Counted from the first letter of the stretch, positions 19,848-29,954 are shown. The stretch: DNA of 64,000 nt from an uncultured bacterium (GCA_963749495.1 CAVVMW010000006.1:160001-224000), one strand, 5' to 3'. Program-made: numbers and translations. Notes: a model not told the origin generated them from the letters alone.

Positions 19848-20398
19848 ATGAAAACTCTCCTCAAAACCGCTCCTGTCGCCCTCGCCGCCGCTCTGGCAGC
19901 CGCGCTGTGCCTGCCGCCTCGGGCGCGGAGCGCGGACCTCCCGAGCAGCAACACAGTCCAGCCTCCTCCCGCCTACCCGCTCAAGAAGAGCGCCAATGGA
20001 CGCTACCTGGTCGATTCCAAAGGCGCGCCGTTCCTCGTCGCGGGCAACGCTCCGCAAGCCTTGATGGTCAAGTTGACCGAAGCCGACGCCGACCTCTACT
20101 TCTCGAACCGGGTGGCGCACGGGTTCAACACGGTCTGGATCAATCTCCTGTGCCGCCCAGGCACCGGCGGGCGCAAAGATGGCGCCACCTACGACGGCAT
20201 CCTTCCCTTCACCACCACCGACAACCTGTCCGCTCCCAACGAGGCCTACTTCGCCCGGTGGTACAGACCCAAGCCGCGGGCACCTTTTCCACGATCAAAG
20301 GCTCTCCGTTCCCCAATTCCGGCCAACCGTATTTCATCCCTCCGGGCAACAACGCCGATGGCAACGGTGATTGGCTCCTGGTTCTGGAGGGCCGTTGA
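19848..20398 (+). pseudogene. DUF4038/GH140 apiosidase-like gene with most of its middle deleted
   Basis: The N-terminus (signal peptide, SANGRYLVD..GAPF, GFNTV, PNEAYFAR) joins directly to the C-terminal motif ARWY-DP-SRG..PPGNNADGNGDWLLVLE. Confidence 0.7.
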
Positions 20399-20521
20399 CA
20401 AAGTCGTAGCGCAGGTTTCCAAACCTGCTGTATCGCCGATTTCCAATCGGCAGGGCGTCGGCATGTCGAGCGCCCCAGGTTTGCGGACGGCCTGCGGGTT
20501 TTGGAAACCCGCGATACAGCA

Positions 20522-21881
20522 GAGCCTTTTGCAAAACGAAAGAGGAAGGAGACAAAGTCGATCCAGGGTTGGACGTTGGGAAGGCAGGTGTCTATTCATT
20601 GAACTGGCTTGGCGCCCCGCTTGGAACGAAAACGGCCCGCAAGCCGGCAGGCAGGGGTTCTCAGGCGATACGCCTCCCATCACGCCCCTGGTGGAGCGCG
20701 GGCCATTGGCATGGAAAGTGGGGATGTCAACACAAGCGAGCCCAGATGCCCAAGGTGGCAACCGCCAAGACTCCGAACATCAAATGGCACATGACCTTGG
20801 CGGCTCCTCGCACATGCACCGTCCGGGCCCCAAACTCCTCTTTCGCCGGCCGTTAACTCGCTCGCTGGCAGTGCGCTGCTTATAGCGTTGGCGCTCCGCC
20901 GGATCCAGCGGCACGAAGCCCTCCCGTTCCTTGGGATCAATAATTGGCACGTGTCCCAAGCCCCGACAAAAGTCCTTGATGAAGTGCGCGTCGTAGGCCG
21001 AGTCCATCAGTTCATAGAGCGCCTGAACCCGTTGGGCGCTCTGCTGCGCCAGGGGAATAGCAACCTGACTATCATGCAGGCTGGCACTGGTCAGCACCGC
21101 ACCGATGGGAATATCCCCGTCAATCACGTCCAGGTGCAGTTTGTAGCCTCGCCACCAGGTCTTGTAACCCTTGGCATCGGTCTTACACCCTATATCGCAT
21201 CCCCGCGGCAGGTCGGCCAGGTTCTGCTCCAGCGAGCGGGCCATCTGGATCTCCAGCTTCGTACAAGGCGGGCGCACCTCACCTTTCTTCCACGGCCAGG
21301 CCTTGCCAGGGGGCGGAGCAACCATCTCCGGCTTGGTCGCCTTGCGCTCCGGCACACTAATGGCCGTGCTGTCCCGGCTGATGTGCCCCACCAGCTTGGG
21401 CCGACAGTGTATCTCCACCAACGCCGCGTGGATTTGCTGCGGCAATTCGTCGGCGGCAAACACGCTAAAGGCCCGCGAGAAAGTCGAGCGCTCCGGCAAC
21501 TGGCCCAAGCTTTCCCAGCCGCAGAGCCGCCGCAGCGTGGGGCGAGCGTTCAAGGCATCGATCAATGCTTCGGTCGTGGCAAATCCATAAACGGCTTTGG
21601 CGATAAAGGCGTGCAGCACCCAGACCCGCTCATGGGGAGGTCGCCCCTGCCCACATCCCTCGTAACGAAGCAGAAAACGTCCCAAAGGCAGCAGCGAAAT
21701 TACCTCGACAAATTGCTGGTCCTTGGCCCCCAAGGACCCGAGTTCCTCGGTCAAAACCGGGAAAAGTTGGCGTTGGAGGTGTTGCCACAGGTCAGGCAGG
21801 TCAGGCATATGCGTGGTTTGATCCATCTGCCGACCAGATTATTCAAGAATCCTGCAACTTTCCGACTTTTGCAAAAGGCTC
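20522..21881 (-). mobile_element. IS element copy 1 (IS5/IS1182-like DDE); transposase starts at 21826 and is frameshifted near 20845
   Basis: 15-bp TIR GAGCCTTTTGCAAAA / TTTTGCAAAAGGCTC, AGCA on both sides, 1360 bp. Confidence 0.9.
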
Positions 21882-21885
21882 AGCA

Positions 21886-23246
21886 GAGCCTTTTGCAAAA
21901 CGAAAGAGGAAGGAGACAAAGTCGATCCAGGGTTGGACGTTGGGAAGGCAGGTGTCTATTCATTGAACTGGCTTGGCGCCCCGCTTGGAACGAAAACGGC
22001 CCGCAAGCCGGCAGGCAGGGGTTCTCAGGCGATACGCCTCCCATCACGCCCCTGGTGGAGCGCGGGCCATTGGCATGGAAAGTGGGGATGTCAACACAAG
22101 CGAGCCCAGATGCCCAAGGTGGCAACCGCCAAGACTCCGAACATCAAATGGCACATGACCTTGGCGGCTCCTCGCACATGCACCGTCCGGGCCCCAAACT
22201 CCTCTTTCAGCCGGCCGTTAACTCGCTCGCTGGCAGTGCGCTGCTTATAGCGTTGGCGCTCCGCCGGATCCAGCGGCACGAAGCCCTCCCGTTCCTTGGG
22301 ATCAATAATTGGCACGTGTCCCAAGCCCCGACAAAAGTCCTTGATGAAGTGCGCGTCGTAGGCCGAGTCCATCAGTTCATAGAGCGCCTGAACCCGTTGG
22401 GCGCTCTGCTGCGCCAGGGGAATAGCAACCTGACTATCATGCAGGCTGGCACTGGTCAGCACCGCACCGATGGGAATATCCCCGTCAATCACGTCCAGGT
22501 GCAGTTTGTAGCCTCGCCACCAGGTCTTGTAACCCTTGGCATCGGTCTTACACCCTATATCGCATCCCCGCGGCAGGTCGGCCAGGTTCTGCTCCAGCGA
22601 GCGGGCCATCTGGATCTCCAGCTTCGTACGAGGCGGGCGCACCTCACCTTTCTTGGGCCGCCAGGCCTTGCCAGGGGGCGGAGCAACCATCTCCGGCTTG
22701 GTCGCCTTGCGCTCCGGCACACTAATGGCCGTGCTGTCCCGGCTGATGTGCCCCACCAGCTTGGGCCGACAGTGTATCTCCACCAACGCCGCGTGGATTT
22801 GCTGCGGCAATTCGTCGGCGGCAAACACGCTAAAGGCCCGCGAGAAAGTCGAGCGCTCCGGCAACTGGCCCAAGCTTTCCCAGCCGCAGAGCCGCCGCAG
22901 CGTGGGGCGAGCGTTCAAGGCATCGATCAATGCTTCGGTCGTGGCAAATCCATAAACGGCTTTGGCGATAAAGGCGTGCAGCACCCAGACCCGCTCATGG
23001 GGAGGTCGCCCCTGCCCACATCCCTCGTAACGAAGCAGAAAACGTCCCAAAGGCAGCAGCGAAATTACCTCGACAAATTGCTGGTCCTTGGCCCCCAAGG
23101 ACCCGAGTTCCTCGGTCAAAACCGGGAAAAGTTGGCGTTGGAGGTGTTGCCACAGGTCAGGCAGGTCAGGCATATGCGTGGTTTGATCCATCTGCCGACC
23201 AGATTATTCAAGAATCCTGCAACTTTCCGACTTTTGCAAAAGGCTC
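21886..23246 (-). mobile_element. IS element copy 2, intact
   Basis: Same TIRs and AGCA flanks, 1361 bp. Confidence 0.9.
22091..23191 (-). CDS. DDE transposase (IS4 superfamily, IS5/IS1182-like)
   Basis: SRDSTAI, GYKLHL, MDSAYD and YKQRTASERVNGRLK (Y-R-E-K signature). Confidence 0.9.
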   Translation of the reverse strand: MDQTTHMPDLPDLWQHLQRQLFPVLTEELGSLGAKDQQFVEVISLLPLGRFLLRYEGCGQGRPPHERVWVLHAFIAKAVYGFATTEALIDALNARPTLRRLCGWESLGQLPERSTFSRAFSVFAADELPQQIHAALVEIHCRPKLVGHISRDSTAISVPERKATKPEMVAPPPGKAWRPKKGEVRPPRTKLEIQMARSLEQNLADLPRGCDIGCKTDAKGYKTWWRGYKLHLDVIDGDIPIGAVLTSASLHDSQVAIPLAQQSAQRVQALYELMDSAYDAHFIKDFCRGLGHVPIIDPKEREGFVPLDPAERQRYKQRTASERVNGRLKEEFGARTVHVRGAAKVMCHLMFGVLAVATLGIWARLC

Positions 23247-23387
23247 AGCAGGTTTGGAAACCTGCGCTACGCTGGCGCCCTTGGCGCAATGGCGCGGCGA
23301 GCGACTTTGTCAATGGCCCTGCCTGGTTCTGGAGGCCAATGCGAATCGGTATTGACGGAACCGCCTCCGTTGCAGAACACTCCGCCC

Positions 23388-24722
23388 ATGTGCGCGCATC
23401 AGAGCCGGTTGGCCCGCCTTTGGCGGAGCTTCGAGTTCTTCCTCATCTTTCTAACGGCCGTTGGCCAGGCGCTGGGCCAGGAGGCGGCACGGACCCAGGA
23501 GGGCCTCACCGAGCAACCGCGCCATGGCCTCCTGACCAGTGCAAAAGCTGATGGCAGCGCCGACACCACCGCCGCGATTCAACAATCCCTCGACGAAGCT
23601 GCCAAGACCGGAGGGCCGGTCTGCCTGCCGCCAGGCCGGTTCCTGGTCCGAGGCAGCCTGAGGATTCCCCCTGGCGTGACGCTCCAGGGCGTCATGGAAT
23701 CGCCGGTCTGGAGTGAGCCCTTGAAAGGCTCAATCATCCTGGCCACGGGTGGGCGCGGGCAGGAGGATGGGCCGGCCCTCTTCGAGATGAACCATTCCTC
23801 CGCTGTGCGCGGCCTGACGGTTTGGTATCCCGAGCAGAAGACCACCAACATCGTCCCTTACGCCTGGACCTTCCACCTTCAGGGCCACGACAACACGGTC
23901 GAAAACGTCACGCTCATCAATTCCTACAACGGCATCCGCATCGGCCCGGAGGGCAACGTCCGGCACCGCATCCGCAGCGTGTACGGCTGCGTCCTGCGCC
24001 GCGGCATCTTCGTGGACACCTGCAGCGACATCGGCCGCATCGAGAACGTTCAGTTCCACTGCCATTGGTGGTCGGCCCCGGAGGTTGGAGGAGACTGGAA
24101 ACCCGTGCATGAGTTCATGTGGAAGAACTGCGAGGCATTCATCTTTGGCCGCACGGACTGGGAGTATGTCAACAACACCTTCGTCTTTCCGGTCAAATAC
24201 GGCTACCACTTTATCGCGACCAAGTCGGGCGCTGCCAACGGCCAGTTTTCGGGCATCGGCGCCGATGAATCCCAGGTGTGCGTGAAGGTGGACGAAATCC
24301 AGCCGATGGGCCTGCTGATCTCCAACGGCCAGTTCGTCTGCATGCACGGCGACCAGCGCATCGAGGTGCTGGTGGAAAAGACCTGCGACGGCTCGGTCCG
24401 GCTGGTCAATTGTGCTTTCTGGGGGCCTGCGCGCCAATGCGTGGTCTCTCACAGCCGCAGCTTTGTTTCCTTGTCTGATTGCTACCTCAGCAGCACCGGC
24501 CGGGAGAAAAACCCGGGGATGTTCCTCGTCGAAGCGGATGGCGGGCGGTTGCAGGTGCGCGGGTGCAGCTTCGGCACGGATGAGCCGGGCATCGCTTTGC
24601 GCAGGGGCCTCAAGCACGCCATCATCACCGAGAACAATGGCGTGCGAGGCGTCGAAATTCTCAATGAACTTGGCGCTGAAGCCGTCATTGCGAACAACGA
24701 GCCACAGCGCAACGGCAAATAG
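23388..24722 (+). CDS. Pectate lyase 3 / GH28-related beta-helix protein
   Basis: ADGSADTTAAIQQSLD..VCLPPGRF..LRIPPGVTLQG N-terminal motif, then beta-helix-like repeats. Confidence 0.8.
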   Translation: MCAHQSRLARLWRSFEFFLIFLTAVGQALGQEAARTQEGLTEQPRHGLLTSAKADGSADTTAAIQQSLDEAAKTGGPVCLPPGRFLVRGSLRIPPGVTLQGVMESPVWSEPLKGSIILATGGRGQEDGPALFEMNHSSAVRGLTVWYPEQKTTNIVPYAWTFHLQGHDNTVENVTLINSYNGIRIGPEGNVRHRIRSVYGCVLRRGIFVDTCSDIGRIENVQFHCHWWSAPEVGGDWKPVHEFMWKNCEAFIFGRTDWEYVNNTFVFPVKYGYHFIATKSGAANGQFSGIGADESQVCVKVDEIQPMGLLISNGQFVCMHGDQRIEVLVEKTCDGSVRLVNCAFWGPARQCVVSHSRSFVSLSDCYLSSTGREKNPGMFLVEADGGRLQVRGCSFGTDEPGIALRRGLKHAIITENNGVRGVEILNELGAEAVIANNEPQRNGK

Positions 24723-24788
24723 AGAGGGTTGGAATAACCTCCCACTCGGCGCTTGCGATTCCGGCCAAACGGGGCATAGTACTGGTGT

Positions 24789-25076
24789 ATGGGCATGACC
24801 GCTTTCCCCGAATGGGTTCAGTCTCAGAAACTGGTCTCCGAACTCGCGGAGCGACTGGGTGGCGCCTTGAACGAGGCCAACGCCCGGGCCATCCTCGCCG
24901 TTGAGTTGGGCGGGCCCACGCCGGAACGGCGGCGCGAACTGGCCGAAAAGGCCAACGAGGGAGTGCTCAGCGCCGAGGAATTCGCCCAGTACCAGACCTA
25001 CGCCCAGTTGCGCGGGTTGCTGTCTATCCTCCAATCCAAGGCGCGTCTCCACCTGCAGCCTCGGAGCCCGGCATGA
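24789..25076 (+). CDS. Small helical protein coupled to the HNH gene (antitoxin-like)
   Basis: RRRELAEKANEGVLSAEEFAQY motif; ATGA overlap with the HNH gene. Confidence 0.65.
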   Translation: MGMTAFPEWVQSQKLVSELAERLGGALNEANARAILAVELGGPTPERRRELAEKANEGVLSAEEFAQYQTYAQLRGLLSILQSKARLHLQPRSPA

Positions 25077-25471
25077 CGGCGGGCGAGCGCGAGGCGGTAC
25101 GGCAGCGCGCAGGTGGCCGTTGCGAATATTGCCATCTGCCGGATTTCGCGATGGCCCCGGAGGATTTCCATGTCGAACATGTCATCGCCCGAAAGCATGG
25201 AGGCGAAGATGCCATGGAGAACCTGGCTTGGTCTTGCATCTTCTGCAACCTCTACGAGGGCCCTCACCTCGCCAGGTTCGACCCCGATACCGGGAACCTC
25301 ACCCGCCTATTCAATCCGCGGCAGGATCGCTGGGAGGACCACTTCCGCCTCGACGGTCCCCAAATCCTCAGCCTGACCGCCGTCGGCCGAACTTCGATCT
25401 GGCTGCTCGAGATGAACTCCGGCATTCTCCTCGGCCTCCGCGCCAGCCTCATGCGCGAAGGTCGTTGGTGA
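25073..25471 (+). CDS. HNH endonuclease
   Basis: RCEYC..HVEHVIARKHGG..NLAWSCIFCN..LFNPRQDRW. Confidence 0.9.
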   Translation: MTAGEREAVRQRAGGRCEYCHLPDFAMAPEDFHVEHVIARKHGGEDAMENLAWSCIFCNLYEGPHLARFDPDTGNLTRLFNPRQDRWEDHFRLDGPQILSLTAVGRTSIWLLEMNSGILLGLRASLMREGRW

Positions 25472-25666
25472 AAAAAATTGTGGTGGGCGGCGTCCCGGTA
25501 GAGAGATTTTCACGTTTCGCCTGGGCCGGAGGACGGTTGCCGTGAACGTCCTGTCGGCCAGAAGCGTTTGACGCTGGTCTCGTGGCGAAAAGCAGCTCGC
25601 CAAATGGACTTGGAAACACCTGGCTGTCGCCCTACTGTTGCACGACGACCAGGCACACGGCAGCCC

Positions 25667-26633
25667 ATGGGCAGAACCGTTTTTGAAAAGTTGCTCTACC
25701 GCGGCGAAAGCGAAACACTTGATTTCAAGGTAGACCAGTACAGCTTCTCCGGCCCAGGCGTGACTGAGGAGGACAAAGGGGAATTGCTCAAGGACATCCT
25801 GGCCTTTGCCAACGCGTGGCGCGATACCGAAGCCTTCATTTTGATCGGGGTTCATCAAGGACAGGGCGTGAAGGCAAGCCCTCTTGGGATCACCAGGCAC
25901 TTGGAGGACACCGCCTTGCACCAATTCACCGATAGCAAAAACGCAAAAGCCGGTTAGGTTCTCTTATGAAGTATTTCGTGCAGATGGTAAGGAGTTCGGC
26001 GTCATAACGATCCCGGTTCAGGAACGACCGCTCTACCTGAAAATGAAATACGGAAAGCTGGAAGGGCAAGTCGTGTACATCCGACGGGGGAGTTCAACAG
26101 GGACTGCAACCCCGGATGAGATCTCCGAGATGGGCAGAAAGTGGTTGCCCGCGGCCGTGTTCGAGGTGCGCACTACTGTTCAGTTGATAATGCCGGCTCC
26201 GCCTGAAGGCACCCTTAAACTTCACGCCTCTTTATTTAACATAGGAAAAGCAACCGCTTACGATACGGCGGTTATCCTCGAGCACCAGCCGAACCCTGGT
26301 TCCCTGCATTTTGAGAATAGCGTTTGGGAATGGAAGCGCGGGGCACCTGATCCTACGCTTTTGTGCAAACACTCGGTTCATCCCGGCATGGAGCAGGTCC
26401 TTGCAAATTGGCAGTTGGGCTCCGCGGAAGTTCCCAGCGAAGATATCATCAATGTTCCCTATGGGAAAAAGGCCGATCCACAGAAACTCGCCGTACGATA
26501 CCGCGGCGAACCGGTATCAATGCGGCTCCACATCTTCGCTCGTGACCAGGCTGAAATCCATGGCTTGGTCCAATACTCCATGAAGGAGATCGAGGCAAAA
26601 ACTGCGAAGCGGTTTACTTGCAGTTCGGTTTAG
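25667..26633 (+). CDS. AlbA_2 / Schlafen-domain protein; frameshift in an A-run near 25938
   Basis: GESETLDFK..ELLKDILAFANA..ILIGV, continuing in the second frame with VYIRRGSST. Visibly lower GC than neighbouring genes. Confidence 0.75.
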
Positions 26634-26803
26634 CTACCTTTTTTCGCGCATCTGACGGTCTGCAAACTCCTCAAGTCCTGGTGACCCCGCTCTGGTCTCA
26701 TGACCTCTCCCCGCGTCAAAGGTTCAGTGCAAGTCGGGCCGCCATGAAGGGTGCGAGGAACGCGGGCTTGACGCTCGCGCCTTTTGCCCGCACTTTTCCT
26801 TCG

Positions 26804-27064
26804 ATGAAGACGATCACGGCGCGGCAGGCTGGGCGGCAATTTGAGAAGTTCGCAAAGATGGCCAATGGCGGCGAACGCATTCTCGTCACCCACAATGGCC
26901 AGCCTTGGGTTGTCCTCCAGGCACCGCCGCGGGCCAAGCAAGCCCCGCTCGCTGGCCAATGGCCGGATTACCCGGCCCATTGGCGGCAGCATTTCCCGAA
27001 CGGTTTCACTCGCGGACCAACGGCCACGGAGCTGCTGGCCCAAGACAGGGAAGATCGATTTTGA
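26804..27064 (+). CDS. Phd/YefM-family antitoxin
   Basis: MKTITARQAGRQF..GERILVTHNGQPWVVL..TELLAQDREDRF. Confidence 0.8.
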   Translation: MKTITARQAGRQFEKFAKMANGGERILVTHNGQPWVVLQAPPRAKQAPLAGQWPDYPAHWRQHFPNGFTRGPTATELLAQDREDRF

Positions 27065-27143
27065 CCAGTTCGTTACCGGTGATCGCCAGCAGCACCAGTT
27101 CGCCCTGGCGGCGGGATACTCCTCGGTCCTTCTGCCGCCATAA
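27061..27143 (+). pseudogene. C-terminal remnant of a PIN/VapC toxin
   Basis: FVTGDRQQHQFALAAGYSSV resembles the PIN terminal strand-helix and begins at the antitoxin stop codon. Confidence 0.55.
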
Positions 27144-27216
27144 TCAGCGGCATTTTGCCCAACCCTGTGAACGCCGCCAGGAATTCCCCGGTCCAGGTCC
27201 ATAGCGCAACATGCTG

Positions 27217-27377
27217 GTCAGGAAGCGGCGACGGCAGGAGGCGCCGCGATGAGTGGCGCAAGGTCGGGGGCGAGATTCTTCCACTCGGTCTCGTTGAAAG
27301 TGTAGATGCGATCCAGGGCCTGTTTTCGTGCCGCTGCCAGGAGCAGCAGGTCATAAATGCGGGCAAACTACGTTCAT
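27217..27377 (-). pseudogene. Internally deleted PIN/VapC toxin
   Basis: ATG overlaps the antitoxin stop (MNVV), then out-of-frame ARIYDLLLLAAARKQALDRIYTFNETEW, a PIN C-terminal half. Confidence 0.65.
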
Positions 27378-27658
27378 GGGCGCGAGGTGCACCCCAGCGA
27401 TGACCGCATCAGTTCGTCATCGCGTTCGTCGCGCACCAATCGCACCCAGCCGGCCTCAGGCGCACCCAGTTGGCCCGTAAAGACAAGCAGACCATCTCTG
27501 ACGGCCAGCGCGGGCGGGCGTTCGAAAGCGGTTGGTCCTGCATTCATCGCGCGGCGATGTTCCCGCAGGCCGGCGAGAAACTCCAACACCAGCCTTCGGT
27601 CGGTCTCCGGGAGGGATTCCAACTCATTGACGACCGCTTGAATGGCTTCTTTGCTCAT
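27374..27658 (-). CDS. Probable antitoxin partner of the PIN remnant
   Basis: 94 aa, RDGLLVFTG motif, acidic C-terminus and ATGA coupling to the PIN start. Confidence 0.6.
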   Translation of the reverse strand: MSKEAIQAVVNELESLPETDRRLVLEFLAGLREHRRAMNAGPTAFERPPALAVRDGLLVFTGQLGAPEAGWVRLVRDERDDELMRSSLGCTSRP

Positions 27659-27750
27659 CGTTCAAAGCGTAGCAGATGAGGGTTGCCGCATCAAGGGTTC
27701 AGCCCGAGCCGGGTTCGATTAACAGCGCCGGGCCTGTGCCTCGGGAGTTT

Positions 27751-27979
27751 TGTCCCGGAGGGACATCTGACAATAGCCCGGCGTTTCAACGCCGGGGAGG
27801 CCAGGAAAGGGACCCTCGTCCCGAAGGGACGACTGAGAAAACTCGCTGCTTTCAGCCGTCCCTTCGGGACGGACCTGCTCTGTGGGTCCACTTACCCGGC
27901 GTTGAAACGCCGGGCTATTGTCGGAAGCCCCTTCGGGGCAAAGAGGCGCCGTGGGCTGACAGACAGTTTTAATCGCACC
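27751..27979. repeat. Nested-palindrome repeat, family A
   Basis: Same layout as 8085. Its right half is the reverse complement of 45077-45205. Confidence 0.85.
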
Positions 27980-28000
27980 CGCGCGATCCGCCTGATGGGC

Positions 28001-29119
28001 CTACAGCCCGGGTTTTCCGCGTTCCGAGGCGATGGTCCAGTAGATCGCGGCTTGGATTACGCCGCTGGCCGGCAGAATGGGAATGTCATAGCCCGGGACG
28101 GTGACGCAGCCGTCGGCGAGGGGCCAGGCAGGGGTGATGTAGAGGATGTTGCTGGCGGGTTCGGGCGGTTGGGCGGGCTGAACGTCGAAATAAACGAGCT
28201 TCACTCCCAGCGCTTTGGCCTGGTCGATGAGTTTTTGAGGGGCGAACTGATAGCCGACGTAGAGAACGAATTGTGGAGGGTGGCTGGCATCGAGCAGGTC
28301 TTTATCCTCCCAGGCTGGAACGGCGGCAAGAGTGCCAAGGGGCAGTGAGCGCGGATCCTGCGCGTGGCGGGGAAACATGTGGCCGGTGACCAGTGTTGTC
28401 GCCGAGGTTGCCTGTTTCCACCAACTGGCTGCCTGGAGGATCTTGGGCATTTGGGTGTCGCCGATCTGCGCCAGCATCCGTTCGATCTGGTCCAGATATG
28501 CCCGCCCCAGCACGCCGGCAGGGATGGGCTTGATGGCCAAATCGTCGTGGAACCGCTTGCCTTGGTATTTCTTTCCCCGCTCGGGGCCTCCGGGCAGGCC
28601 ATAACTTTGGTAGAGGACCGGCATTTTGCCCAACCGTGTGCATGCCGCCACGAATTCCCCCGTCCAGGTCCACAGGTCGATGACGTTGGCGACCGTATCG
28701 AGAGGGAAGTGGTTTCTGTATAGTCCGGCCGGAGAGCTGAACTTGATTACCGTCGCGCCTTTCGCCTGACATTGATCGAGGAGCGTGAGGTCTTGAGGAC
28801 CCAGTGAACCCGGCGCGGCATAGAGGATTACGTCGCGGTTGGCGGGGAGCCGCTGGCCTAACGGAGCGATGGCCATCAAACCGCCGGCGCGGCCGCAGGC
28901 CTCCGCGATGAAATCGGCCTGCGGGCCTGCGACCCAGAGATTTCCTCCGGATACGAATTCATTGGCGGCGCGACTCGCGGATGTCGCGAGCGTTGCCAGA
29001 TTGGACCTGGTTTGCACGATTGTGCTCTGGAGGCCGGATAGATAATTGTCCGCCGCCGCCGCGGAGGTCCAGTGAGCATGGCATAGCAGAATGGCCGCAA
29101 GGACGGGGATCTTGTTCAT
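28001..29119 (-). CDS. Secreted protein with probable tandem SIS-like domains
   Basis: Signal peptide; GGNLWVAG..AEACGRAGGL; C-terminal ILPASGVIQAAIYW. Confidence 0.55.
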   Translation of the reverse strand: MNKIPVLAAILLCHAHWTSAAAADNYLSGLQSTIVQTRSNLATLATSASRAANEFVSGGNLWVAGPQADFIAEACGRAGGLMAIAPLGQRLPANRDVILYAAPGSLGPQDLTLLDQCQAKGATVIKFSSPAGLYRNHFPLDTVANVIDLWTWTGEFVAACTRLGKMPVLYQSYGLPGGPERGKKYQGKRFHDDLAIKPIPAGVLGRAYLDQIERMLAQIGDTQMPKILQAASWWKQATSATTLVTGHMFPRHAQDPRSLPLGTLAAVPAWEDKDLLDASHPPQFVLYVGYQFAPQKLIDQAKALGVKLVYFDVQPAQPPEPASNILYITPAWPLADGCVTVPGYDIPILPASGVIQAAIYWTIASERGKPGL

Positions 29120-29243
29120 CGGGTGAAGTTTGGAGTCATGACCTGGGATACACAGGGTGGCGAGAGTTGGTCAAGAGGAACGTGGTGGGTCGAGGAGGCT
29201 GAGCTTGACTCAGGGAGGGGTGTCGGGCCAACAATCCCCGGAT

Positions 29244-29865
29244 ATGAAGACGATCTTGATGAGATTATTGCCGTTTGTCCTGGTGGTTTGCCTGGGGTTT
29301 GCGCGGCCGTGCGCGGCGGCGGAGGATGCCAAGGAGGCGGGCTGGGTCTCGTTATTCAACGGCAAGGATTTGAGCGGGTGGGCGCCGGTACACGATGTGA
29401 CATTCGTGGTGACCAACGGGAACCTGCGGTTGGTTCGATGGCATGGGCTGGCTGCGGACCGAGAAACAATACACGGATTTCGTGCTCGAGGCCGAATGGC
29501 GGGCCCTGGTGCCGGGTTACGACAGCGGCTTCTTCGTCCGGGCCGGGTTGGAGGGCAAGCCCTGGCCCAACGACGGCTGGCAGATCAACCTGGCGTCGAG
29601 CGCGCTGGGCGCCCTGGTCAAGGGCTACAAGACCGTGGTGCCGGCGGAGACGCCCCGGATGCCGCTCAACAAGTGGGTCAAGTTCCGCATCGAGGTGCGC
29701 GGCAGGAAGATCACCCTGGACGTTAATGGCGAACGCGCCTGGGAATTCAACGAACTGGACGCCCAGCGCGGCTATATCGGCATCCAAGCCGAGCGCAAGT
29801 CGTTCGACTTCCGCAATATCCGGGTCAAGGAACTGGGCGGCGCGGCGGCCTCCGCAGCCAATTGA
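29244..29865 (+). CDS. DUF1080 family protein; frameshift near 29439
   Basis: GWVSLFNGKDLSGW, then GWLRTEKQYTDFVLEAEW..DSGFFVR..GYIGIQ..FRNIRVKEL in the next frame. Confidence 0.8.
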
Positions 29866-29954
29866 TCGCCCGTGCAACGACGAATTCGTCATTTCCAGTC
29901 TCACTTCAGGAACGTTCGGGCTGCGGGCGTTTCCGGGTACTGCCTCCGAGCGGG

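Larger units (their letters stand above)
20388..23320. repeat. Palindromic element, family H, interrupted by two IS copies
   Basis: Outer IR AGGGCCGTTGACAAAGTCG / CGACTTTGTCAATGGCCCT; inner IR GTAGCGCAGGTTTCCAAACCTGCT / AGCAGGTTTGGAAACCTGCGCTAC. Confidence 0.85.

Noticed and set aside
20888..23551. 887-aa plus-strand ORF across the IS pair
   Set aside because: Antisense shadow of the two transposases; it stays open because of the duplication and high GC.
24722..27700. Integron cassette array in the TA/HNH islet
   Set aside because: No attC-like RYYYAAC..GTTRRRY sites or integrase seen, and gene orientations are mixed.
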